64,000 nt of DNA, taken from positions 1-64,000 of IMG/VR virus record IMGVR_UViG_3300048861_000079, one strand, 5' to 3'. This stretch comes from a virus. Its lineage: Duplodnaviria > Caudoviricetes. Positions 1 to 8,085 of this stretch are shown here, one piece after another. The position numbers were made by a program, and so were the translations under genes. Position 1 is the stretch's first letter. Each line of letters begins with the position of its first letter. The notes under the pieces were generated by a model. That model was given only the letters and a program-made list of their open reading frames with translations, did no database searches and had not been told where the DNA came from.

Positions 1-12
1 ATCCCGCTCGCA

Positions 13-31
13 TAAGTAAGCATTTACTTAC
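13..31. promoter_or_regulatory. Palindromic operator copy (TAAGTAAGCATTTACTTAC)
   Basis: Matches window-wide palindrome GTAAGTAAG-NN-CTTACTTAC. Confidence 0.8.
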
Positions 32-82
32 TTTTCCTGCTTTGATAAGATCCGGATCATTTCTCCAAGAGGATCCGGATCT

Positions 83-355
83 ATGGCCGTTCGCTTCACC
101 ACCACGCTTGCAACCGCCGAGAGCGCCGAATGGTCGCCCTCCGGCGTCACCTTCCTCCAGTTCCACTCTGATGACCGTGAAGCACAGGTGGAAGTCCTTG
201 CGAAGGTCACGAACGATCCCGGCTGCCCATGGGATCGTATCGAAGTCCTCAAGAATGCGAACGGCGTCATTCGCGTGCCGGAAGTGCCAAGCCTTAAGCT
301 TGCGATCATCCGCAATTCTCCGGGTAGCACGCTGACGGTTTGGGGTAACGACTAA
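83..355 (+). CDS. Hypothetical phage protein (90 aa)
   Basis: Phage-like codon use; follows an operator; stop overlaps start of next gene (TAATG). Confidence 0.75.
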   Translation: MAVRFTTTLATAESAEWSPSGVTFLQFHSDDREAQVEVLAKVTNDPGCPWDRIEVLKNANGVIRVPEVPSLKLAIIRNSPGSTLTVWGND

Positions 356-2658
356 TGCAGATTTTCGCTGAACGCCTTCTGCCCGGCCTGATCTCCAGCT
401 CGGCGCTTGTTCAGGCCGGCCCCGTAGTTCCGAAGATCACCCTCTCCAGCAGCTTCGTGCCTGAAAACAGCGCCATTGGCACCTTAATTGGCACCTTGTC
501 GGTGCTCAAGGGTTCCGGATCCTACACCTTTACCAAGATCTCCGATCCTGATGGTATCGCCACCTTGACCGGAAATCAGCTCAAGCTTGCTAAGGTGCCC
601 GATTTTGAGGACTCCACGGGTCACAACGTTACCATTCATGCCGACAACGGCGCCGGCTCGATCGCTGAGCATACCTTCCTGATTTCAATCGGTAACGTTC
701 TTGAGGGCACGCTCGCGCCTTCGACTGCTTCCTTCACTGTGGATTCCGCCCCTGGCACGCCCATCGTAACCATTACCGGCCTCGATATCGGTGCGAACGA
801 GCAGGTTGTCAGCGTTTCGCCCAATGACGGCCGCCTCGCTGTTGCTGGTGGAAATCAGATCGTAGTTGGTTTGTCCGCGTCGAGCGCCGGCACCATCAAT
901 GCATCTGTAACGACTAGCGCCGGTCGAACGCTGAGCCTTACGCTCACGGCTAAGCTCGCCCCGACTTACGTTGCCTTGTGGGCGAACGGTCAGTCCAATA
1001 TGCGCGGCAACACCAATGCTGTGAACGTTGACCCTGTCCTCGATGCGCCGGATCCGCGTATCTTGCAGTGGTCGCTCCATGGCGGCGGCGATGCAACCAA
1101 GTCGCAGGTTCTGCTTCAGGCAACCGAGCCGCTGCTTCACGGCACCGACCAAGACCCCACCTGGGGACCGGGGCTCGAAATGCAGTTCGCCCGCCAGCTG
1201 CTTCCGACCCTTCAGTCGCACCAGAAGATCGTTATTCTGCCCTGCGCTATCAACGGCACGCCGATCAGCACTTGGCTGCCGCCCTCTGGCGCGAACTGGG
1301 TAGACAGCGTTGCCTGCCTGAGCTCCTTCTTTGCTGCTTATCCTGACAGCACGTGTCCCTTCATCCTCAATCTTCAGGGCGAAGCGGATGTTCTGGCCTC
1401 AACCGACCCCGCCACCTACAAGACGCAGCAGGATCAGATGTTCGCGGCGATGCGCGCGGCCGACCCGCGTTGCGCCGATGCGACTATCATCGCCGGCCAG
1501 ATGCTTTTGAGCTTCATCCAGGCACAGGCTAGCGGTCCTGGAATCGATCACGTTCACCGCACCATGCCGTTGCGCATCCGGAATTCCTGGTTCAGTCCGG
1601 AAGTTGACGATGTCGGCAAGCGCGACAGCGTTCACTACGGCGTCGACGTTATTCGTAACCTCGGTGCACATATGGCTACTCATCGCGATCGGGCTCGGTT
1701 CCTTGCCGATAATCTTGCTCCTGTGCCCACCAACGTCGCTCTTGAGGCTCGCACGATCAAGTTCGGCAGTTCCGATGCTCCTGCTTATGTCATCCAGACC
1801 TCACCGATCGGACAGAACAACTGGACGGACACTGAGGTCTACCCCTACAAGTTCAACGTCCTCGGCGACACCCTGCAGTTCGATATTCCTGGCACCGGAG
1901 AGGTTGACGTCCGTGTGAAGTCGCGCTGCTACAAGGGTGACAGCGATCCTACTCAGACCCTTACCTATCGCGTGCCCGTTATCCAGGTTCCGCAGGCTGT
2001 CTGGGATCTGGATTTCGCCAACGCGCCGGTTGATGCCAATGGCTTTGTAACTTCGGTTCCCAGTGTAGGTTCTGACGCGACCGCATGGTCGCCTGTCGGC
2101 AGCATCCCGAGGGCTGCAATCAATGGCAAGAACGCCCTCGATGTTACGACGTCGGGAATGCAGCTGAAGCGGAATGGCGTGTTCCCGAATGGCACCTACA
2201 CCCATCTGTTCGCGTTCTTCTCGCAGTATGAGGCTCCGAATAGCCAGACCATTCTCAGCTTCGGCGACAACACGAACTATGGCCCCACGACGCTGACGCC
2301 TAAGAACATCGCCCACGTCAACGTATCGCAGATCGATATCGCCTACACTGCCACGCTTGCACAGGGTAAGTTCTACTGCTTTGCCTGGCAGTTTGACGGC
2401 AGCGATGCCGCAATCGCAGCCGGGAATAACGGTGCGATCCTGATCAATGCAGTTGAGAAGGTCCGCGGCAAGGTCAAGGCTCAGCAATACACTGCAACGA
2501 ACCAGCGCCTGTTCGGCCGCTTTAGCGATGCGACCACGGGCGGCCTGCGCGGCCGGATGATGGCTTTCAAGAGCTGGAACAGCCTGCTGACGGCCGATCA
2601 GATCGGCGCTGTCATGGGTCAGATCGCAAAGGATTGGGGCGTTCAGACCTGGGGCTAA
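355..2658 (+). CDS. Cadherin-like + SGNH/SASA carbohydrate acetylesterase + FN3-like + LamG-like multidomain protein
   Basis: SGNH-type blocks GQSNM, NGT, QGEAD, DSVH; N-terminal ENSAIGTLIG...PDFE cadherin-like motif; beta-rich C-terminus. Confidence 0.8.
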   Translation: MQIFAERLLPGLISSSALVQAGPVVPKITLSSSFVPENSAIGTLIGTLSVLKGSGSYTFTKISDPDGIATLTGNQLKLAKVPDFEDSTGHNVTIHADNGAGSIAEHTFLISIGNVLEGTLAPSTASFTVDSAPGTPIVTITGLDIGANEQVVSVSPNDGRLAVAGGNQIVVGLSASSAGTINASVTTSAGRTLSLTLTAKLAPTYVALWANGQSNMRGNTNAVNVDPVLDAPDPRILQWSLHGGGDATKSQVLLQATEPLLHGTDQDPTWGPGLEMQFARQLLPTLQSHQKIVILPCAINGTPISTWLPPSGANWVDSVACLSSFFAAYPDSTCPFILNLQGEADVLASTDPATYKTQQDQMFAAMRAADPRCADATIIAGQMLLSFIQAQASGPGIDHVHRTMPLRIRNSWFSPEVDDVGKRDSVHYGVDVIRNLGAHMATHRDRARFLADNLAPVPTNVALEARTIKFGSSDAPAYVIQTSPIGQNNWTDTEVYPYKFNVLGDTLQFDIPGTGEVDVRVKSRCYKGDSDPTQTLTYRVPVIQVPQAVWDLDFANAPVDANGFVTSVPSVGSDATAWSPVGSIPRAAINGKNALDVTTSGMQLKRNGVFPNGTYTHLFAFFSQYEAPNSQTILSFGDNTNYGPTTLTPKNIAHVNVSQIDIAYTATLAQGKFYCFAWQFDGSDAAIAAGNNGAILINAVEKVRGKVKAQQYTATNQRLFGRFSDATTGGLRGRMMAFKSWNSLLTADQIGAVMGQIAKDWGVQTWG

Positions 2659-2675
2659 GAAATAGCTCCTTGTCT

Positions 2676-2897
2676 CTAAGCCCGCCTCACTGGCGGGCTT
2701 TCTTTTGGCGGCCTATTCCGAGGCACTGTCTTCTCCACGGAGCGCGGCGACACGATGGTAGCTGCCTTCCGTCCGCACTTACACCGGAAGGTCTGATTGA
2801 TGGAAGAGCCATCCGGCGGCAACGTCGTCAGATCCAGCTCCTCGAATATTCCGCACGGATCGCAATAAAGGTCATAGCGAAGACCCATGGCGATCAT
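2676..2897 (-). CDS. Small Zn-ribbon-like protein
   Basis: CDPC...CKC motif; GGGAGG SD before ATG at 2897. Confidence 0.65.
   Translation of the reverse strand: MIAMGLRYDLYCDPCGIFEELDLTTLPPDGSSINQTFRCKCGRKAATIVSPRSVEKTVPRNRPPKESPPVRRA
2678..2706 (+). terminator. Rho-independent terminator
   Basis: AAGCCCGCC-tcact-GGCGGGCTT followed by TCTTTT. Confidence 0.8.
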
Positions 2898-2929
2898 GCC
2901 TCCCCAGGTGGCGCTGTTTACCCGTCCCA

Positions 2930-3208
2930 TCAGAAATCTGGCCCATCATCCGGGAGAACGAACATCTCCACCTCATGGGCGGCATCGACGAATGCGGCGC
3001 GCACATCGGCGACCGTATCGTCGCCACTACCCTCCAGAAATGCCAGGCAAGCCATCAGGGCGGTCGTATAGGCCTCTCCCCTGCCCTCCTTCGGGAAATC
3101 ATACATGAGACACAGCGCCAGGTCCGTCACCATGTAGAGGTGCTTATACTGGCCGAGCTTCAATTCCACATTAATATCAGGGACAGGTGCGTTGCGTTCC
3201 ATGGACAA
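2930..3208 (-). CDS. DUF982-family protein
   Basis: Pattern AL..C...L.G....ADVRAAFVDAA.E typical of rhizobial DUF982. Confidence 0.7.
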   Translation of the reverse strand: MSMERNAPVPDINVELKLGQYKHLYMVTDLALCLMYDFPKEGRGEAYTTALMACLAFLEGSGDDTVADVRAAFVDAAHEVEMFVLPDDGPDF

Positions 3209-3257
3209 AACCTCAATTTCCGGCTACGTCATATCGTGAACGGATGAGGAACACCAG

Positions 3258-3491
3258 ATGACCATTCGCTTGCCGCGCCAGATCACACCCTATGCCGACC
3301 GAGACCTCGACTGCCAGGCAGCCCTTGAGGATACCTTCAAGACGATCCTCGGATTGGCAGAACGCGCCGGGTGGACCAAGACGGAAGCCGCGGCCGCCAT
3401 ACAGGAGCTCGCCTTCGCGCACCTCGCGGCGGAGGAAGCCAATACCCTCACCGAGCTCGCCACCCTCCAAGCCGGATTGACCAAGCACTAA
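3258..3491 (+). CDS. Small rhizobial-type hypothetical protein
   Basis: GAGGA SD; DRDLDCQ.ALE...GW..E motif. Confidence 0.7.
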   Translation: MTIRLPRQITPYADRDLDCQAALEDTFKTILGLAERAGWTKTEAAAAIQELAFAHLAAEEANTLTELATLQAGLTKH

Positions 3492-3493
3492 CC

Positions 3494-3637
3494 ATGGACC
3501 ACGCTACCCTCTTCCTGGTGTGGTTCTTCGGGCTCTTCGTCACCACGATCCTCTCCGTCAAGATCGGCGCCTTCTGGGCCGTCTTCGGATTCATCTTCCT
3601 CCTCATCCATGGACTCTGGGCCGGACGCAGGAAATAA
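3494..3637 (+). CDS. Small membrane protein (47 aa)
   Basis: MDHATLFLVW... two hydrophobic segments, basic C-terminus. Confidence 0.6.
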   Translation: MDHATLFLVWFFGLFVTTILSVKIGAFWAVFGFIFLLIHGLWAGRRK

Positions 3638-3649
3638 ACCATAGGTAGG

Positions 3650-4470
3650 TTGTCACCGGTTGACACTCAACCGCCCAAGCGACAACAAAAGGGAAAGCCG
3701 CGCCAGGCCAGACCACCGGAGTGCCAATCTCCGGACAACCAAATGACAATCCCAAGCACCGCTCACCACCCGGCAAACATACCGCTACGTTGACAGAGCT
3801 TTACCTTTGCTTGTCGCTTTGACCCCGAAATCAGGTTTTTCGGCAAAACGTCAACATGAGCACACGCTAATCCTCAAAGAACAAAACGCTCACAGAAGCG
3901 CACTGAGAGCGACCGTCGATCAAAACGCTGAGAGACACGCAAACAATCAAAGGAACGCGTCACAGCTCAACCTCGAGCGAACCTGGAAGCGCTGCACCCC
4001 TAAGCGAAAAACATATTCGGGCGACAGACAGAGAGAGCGCTATAGACAGGTGCGCACGAAGGGAGAGGGTATGCGTAAGCGAGAGCTGCACACGTAGAGG
4101 GGACCAGAAGCGAGCGCAGCGAGCGGATACTGTAGAGAGACGGGCGAATAGCGGGAGATAGTCAGAGAAAGCGAGACATAGTGAGGAAGGAGGATGGTTG
4201 CCGCGCCGTGGTTATCCATGCCTCTCCATAAAGCCCCAAGACCTCCCGCCCTGACCCATGGAGACGATCGCCCTTCCGACGCCTGTTGCTCTCCACACGA
4301 GCCTATGCGACAAGCAAATCAGATTTTGAGCACTGTCACCTGGAGTGCTCACAAGAGGCGCCGAGCAATCGGCTGCCCTCTCTCTAATGTTGCTGAGCCG
4401 GCAATCAGGTGTTAGCCGGACACCTCCTAAAGGGCGCTTGTGCAGGTGACTGCCGGCGCCCTTCTTTTTG
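3650..4470 (+). ncRNA. Candidate structured non-coding region/RNA
   Basis: About 820 bp without a credible ORF; several hairpins, T-poor plus strand over much of it, terminator-like end at about 4430-4470. Confidence 0.3.
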
Positions 4471-4524
4471 GTCTGAGCGTGCCCTTTTCCGCAGCCGGGA
4501 GCATGAGCTTCCCTTTTCATAAAA

Positions 4525-4584
4525 GTCCGTTCGTAGTCTATTTATAGATATTATATAAACCTTACATATAGACGACGGATGGAC
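4525..4584. promoter_or_regulatory. Bipartite inverted-arm site S1 (TCGTAGTCTA...TAGACGAC)
   Basis: Inverted arms around an AT-rich core; related sites at 18202 and 44637. Confidence 0.6.
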
Positions 4585-4791
4585 AATTATGCCGAAGGGA
4601 AGACCTCCGGCTGCGTTCCCATGGGTTTCCAAGGTTATCCATGGGTCCAGCTGCGGGTGGCGGCTCCCTGCCGTGTATTGCCCTGCCTCTCCATGCGATA
4701 TCCCTGCCGACTTTGTGCGTGCCCTGCAGTATTCTCTAATCATCGAAAGCGCAACGACTTTCGAAGAGCAACACACAACGGAGAGAATACT

Positions 4792-5655
4792 ATGACCCGC
4801 AAGAACAAAGCCGCCGCTGCCCCCGTCGTTTCTACGCCTGACCTCAACACATTCATGGGTGATATTGCCGGTGCCGCGGAAAACCTCGAAATGGAGGCTC
4901 TGCTGAAGGCCGAGGAGGAAGCTGCCCTTGAGAATGCCCGCCAGGCCGCCGAGGCCGAGGCTCAGGCCAACCAACCACCGGCCGACGAAGAGCCCGCACC
5001 AACCCATGACGAGCCGCTGATGGTGAACCATGTGCCGGGTGACATCAAGGTGATGATCGACAACGTCACGCCGGAGGCACGCCAGCAGAAGGCAGAAGAG
5101 ATCCGTTCAGAGCTTGCTGCCCGTGTCGCCCATGACACCGCCGGCGATCGCTCGATGGGTCCGGGTAAGCAGAACAGCCTGAAGAAGGCGGAGAAGGAAC
5201 TGGCGACGATGGGTGCAGCAGGCTTCTTCTGCGCCGTCGATATCGACCCCTCCTTCATTAACCGCAACATCGCAGGTGACGGGCGCTTCAACGTCTACGC
5301 CCTCGACAAGATCCGCGACCTGATCAGTGGCATCGGCGGCGGCTTCGTGCAGAACCCCATCAACCGCGCGGTCATCGCCTCCATGCTGAACTTCCGTGAC
5401 GCCGGTCTGCCGTTCACGATGGCGCACATGCAGGCAGCGATCAGCAGTGGCGTAAAGGTCGAGCGCGCGGTCGCAAAGCACCTGGTCCGGCACACCGTCG
5501 CACCGAGCACGGCACCGACGCAATCCTCGCAGATGTCACACGCCTTGCAGGTGATGGGCATTGCGACGGCGAGCACGATCGGGCGCGTGACCACCTTCAC
5601 GCTCACCGACACGCCACAGACCCGGCGCCTCGAGCAGGTGCTCCGGGCAGCCTGA
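4792..5655 (+). CDS. Hypothetical protein (287 aa), paralog of 7190-7777; possible C-terminal winged helix
   Basis: GGAGAG SD before ATG 4792; shares YA..K..[DE]L...I, N[FL][RK]...FT.A...A.IS and T..[AT]Q......AL motifs with the 7190 protein. Confidence 0.8.
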   Translation: MTRKNKAAAAPVVSTPDLNTFMGDIAGAAENLEMEALLKAEEEAALENARQAAEAEAQANQPPADEEPAPTHDEPLMVNHVPGDIKVMIDNVTPEARQQKAEEIRSELAARVAHDTAGDRSMGPGKQNSLKKAEKELATMGAAGFFCAVDIDPSFINRNIAGDGRFNVYALDKIRDLISGIGGGFVQNPINRAVIASMLNFRDAGLPFTMAHMQAAISSGVKVERAVAKHLVRHTVAPSTAPTQSSQMSHALQVMGIATASTIGRVTTFTLTDTPQTRRLEQVLRAA

Positions 5656-5674
5656 AACCAGAAGGGAGTGGGAG

Positions 5675-5698
5675 AGGGCGCCTGGGGCGTCCTTTTTC
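5675..5698 (+). terminator. Terminator hairpin
   Basis: AGGGCGCC-tg-GGGCGTCCT followed by T-run. Confidence 0.55.
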
Positions 5699-5905
5699 AT
5701 AGGTTTCAGACAGGGGTCGGGGCAGGAACGGCACAGGGAACGGGTTCCGCCGCCGGCCAGGCCACAGGCCATCCGACATTCTGCCAGGCCAACCTGAGGC
5801 CACGGGCGCCCATGGGTCTCCATGGGGACTGCTCTCCCATCCAAGTCACCTGCCGCTATCCGTATGAGCGCTTGCTAATCTTCATTATCAGCAATGGAGA
5901 GTGAC

Positions 5906-6061
5906 ATGACCAAGCTCATCAACGCCTACAAGACCTTCCCGGCAGACATCAAGGAGGACATCAAGGGTGCGCTTCACACCTGGCTCTCGGGTGTGACGGC
6001 TCTCGCCTTGATCGCCACCGTCGCCCTCTACGGGAAGGCGATCGCAGAGGCGCTGCACTAA
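5906..6061 (+). CDS. Small membrane protein (51 aa, MTKLINAYKTF...), not in ORF track
   Basis: GGAGAG SD, ATG 5906, TAA 6059-6061, hydrophobic C-terminal half. Confidence 0.65.
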   Translation: MTKLINAYKTFPADIKEDIKGALHTWLSGVTALALIATVALYGKAIAEALH

Positions 6062-6125
6062 CCTGCCGAAAAATCAGTAAATACTGAATAAAGTAATTCA
6101 GTAAGCAACACACAAGGAGAGACAA

Positions 6126-6467
6126 ATGTCTTACGTAACCGAAGTTTTCATGAACAGGCAGATCGCACAGGCTGCAGACGCGCTCGATCTCATCGAGGCA
6201 TGCAAGACGGCGAAGCTCAAGGAAGCGACAGCGGTCAAGCTCAAGCTCGTGGTTGACGAGATGCAGCGGGCAGCGAAGCGCTTCAAGGATCTCGCGGCAG
6301 ATCAGTCGGTTATGAGCGAGGGCGAGTTCTTCGCGAAAGCACTGGCGCGTGCGCAGGTGATCAAGAACGAGCGGGCAATCATTGCACGGATCGCACGCGA
6401 GAAGCGTGAGCGGGAAGCGGCTGAGCGTGAGGCACTGCAGAAGGAGCTCGCCCTCATCGCAGCGTAA
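6126..6467 (+). CDS. Helical/coiled-coil hypothetical protein; gene nearly CC-free
   Basis: AAGGAG SD; no Pro or Trp; downstream terminator. Confidence 0.8.
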   Translation: MSYVTEVFMNRQIAQAADALDLIEACKTAKLKEATAVKLKLVVDEMQRAAKRFKDLAADQSVMSEGEFFAKALARAQVIKNERAIIARIAREKREREAAEREALQKELALIAA

Positions 6468-6477
6468 CGGTTCAGCG

Positions 6478-6503
6478 ATAGGCGTCTCTTCGGAGGCGTC
6501 TAT
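6478..6503 (+). terminator. Terminator hairpin with TTCG loop
   Basis: ATAGGCGTCTC-ttcg-GAGGCGTCTAT then CTTT. Confidence 0.7.
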
Positions 6504-6723
6504 CTTTGCACCGTGGCCGCAGGGGTCGGAAACGGCGCGGGGTTCAGGAACGGCTTAGGATCATGGGATCCCCAGGCGGGCGGAGAGGAAGGGCGCCCGG
6601 CCGGGGACGGGTAGGGTTCCGCCGATTCCTAAAACCTTCGGTATTGGAATCGGCTTAGGTTCCCCTTCCCCTCTTCCGTCCCCTCCCCTCTCCCAGCCGA
6701 AAACCCTGGCCGGGTGATCCAGC

Positions 6724-6763
6724 CAGGGTTTCAGGAATTCAGGATTTATGGATTTCAGGGATT
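6724..6763. repeat. 5 x 8-bp direct repeat (CAGGATTT-like), centromere-like
   Basis: CAGGGTTT CAGGAATT CAGGATTT ATGGATTT CAGGGATT. Confidence 0.7.
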
Positions 6764-6955
6764 TTCCTTCTTGCAGTAGGCGGTAGTGGAGATCGTCAGC
6801 CCTGCCGGCAGCTTGTTGGTCGACGGCGTGAAGGCATCGACATAAGCCTGGCAGTCGGTCTGGGTGAGAAGGTGGTCGGCGATCATTTCGTCCGAGGTCG
6901 CCGGCTTTCCGGACACTGCGGTCCAGGTGGCTATGATCAAGGCGAAGGTCGGCAT
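6755..6955 (-). CDS. Small putatively exported protein with two Cys
   Basis: Hydrophobic N-terminus, C...C pair. Confidence 0.5.
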   Translation of the reverse strand: MPTFALIIATWTAVSGKPATSDEMIADHLLTQTDCQAYVDAFTPSTNKLPAGLTISTTAYCKKENP

Positions 6956-7149
6956 CAGTATGCCCAGCCCCAGGCCTTCCGGCCAGTGGCAAGGATGAAG
7001 CGCTTGGAGATCCAGAGGAAGCCATGACGGCTAAGCTCCATGCGCGGCGGATAGAACGGATTGGATTTGAACACCATGGGAACGGCTCGCATTTCAGGTG
7101 GAGAGTGGCGAGGAGGGCGCCAGGGACGCCCCGTAGGGCTTTCTGATGT

Positions 7150-7174
7150 AGCGAGCGCTTATGCAGCGCTCGCT
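7150..7174. terminator. Perfect hairpin downstream of the GG/CC-free gene
   Basis: AGCGAGCGCT-tatgc-AGCGCTCGCT; no clear U-tract. Confidence 0.5.
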
Positions 7175-7189
7175 TATGTAAGACGCTGC

Positions 7190-7777
7190 TTATGCAGCGT
7201 CTTCGTTCTCGTCTTCGCTCGTCTCGAAAGCACTCATGTCGATTTCGAGTTTCTTAGCGAGCGCGTAAGCGATCTCGTTTAGCTCGATTTCGTATGTGTC
7301 TTTCAGCGTTGCGTGCTCTTTGAGAATGTTGAGCGTCAACAGAGCGTCGATTGACGTCTGATGCTGCGCGTTCACAGTCTTTTCATCAAGAATAGCGCTG
7401 CGAACGAATATGACGTTCTGCTTTTCGTCAGTCGTCTTGTAGTCGCGTGAGATCGATGCTTTAGCATCTGCTTTCGTAAACAGCATGTTCTCACGCTTCA
7501 GATTGATGACAGTGCGCAGCATCGCAACAGTGTTCTTTTCGAGATTTGCGTCTTTGTGATCAAAGATCGCTGCGACGAGTTCAACAGCTTTGAACGTCGC
7601 ATACATAGCGCGCAGCAAGCGCTCTGCGCTGACGTTGCAGCGTTCGAGCATCGTTTCAACTGCTTGCTGCGAGACAATAGCATCGCAGCGCTTCAAGCGT
7701 TGAACGTTAGAAGAAGTCGAGTTCTTTGCAGCTGCAGCAGCGATGCGCGAAGAAAAAGCAGTGTTATAAGCGTTCAT
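7190..7777 (-). CDS. Hypothetical protein (195 aa) with no Gly/Pro/Trp, encoded by GG/CC-free DNA; paralog of 4792-5655
   Basis: Intact ORF; GAGAGA SD-like sequence; aligns by eye with the 4792 protein. Confidence 0.85.
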   Translation of the reverse strand: MNAYNTAFSSRIAAAAAKNSTSSNVQRLKRCDAIVSQQAVETMLERCNVSAERLLRAMYATFKAVELVAAIFDHKDANLEKNTVAMLRTVINLKRENMLFTKADAKASISRDYKTTDEKQNVIFVRSAILDEKTVNAQHQTSIDALLTLNILKEHATLKDTYEIELNEIAYALAKKLEIDMSAFETSEDENEDAA

Positions 7778-8046
7778 GTTCTTATCTCTCTATTTGAGCG
7801 TTGCTTGCTCGTTTCGTTAATCAGTGCGATTTGTTGTTCGTCATCTGATAAATATAGTTATAAGCGATGTCTTAGACGGATTCTATAGCGCTGATGGGGA
7901 TGCCTTCTGTGTCGACCGAGCTCCGGTGAGCCAAACCTCCCATGTCACTTTCCCGGATCTCAGATGCGCGATAGTCGCCTCCCCTATCCCGGCCAGCGCT
8001 ATCCCGAACCCCAATCCTCCCACGCCGATCTGCCCGATCAGTAAGT

Positions 8047-8078
8047 CCTGAAATCCATATTTCCGTAATTCAGGATCT
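8047..8078. repeat. 4 x 8-bp centromere-like repeats
   Basis: CCTGAAAT CCATATTT CCGTAATT CAGGATCT. Confidence 0.55.
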
Positions 8079-8085
8079 CCAGGGC

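Noticed and set aside
3807-4097. 96-aa ORF in the non-coding region
   Set aside because: TTG start, no SD, and composition follows the local A/G skew.
4579-4791. 71-aa N-terminal extension of the 4792 gene given by the ORF track
   Set aside because: No SD at 4579 and atypical Cys/Pro-rich translation; strong GGAGAG SD at 4792.
7138-7878. GG/CC-free island as a homopolymer sequencing artefact or low-complexity effect
   Set aside because: A and T homopolymers persist, the ORF is intact and aligns with a paralog, GC is about 50%, and the immediate flanks have many GG/CC. Homolog data are still needed for final proof.
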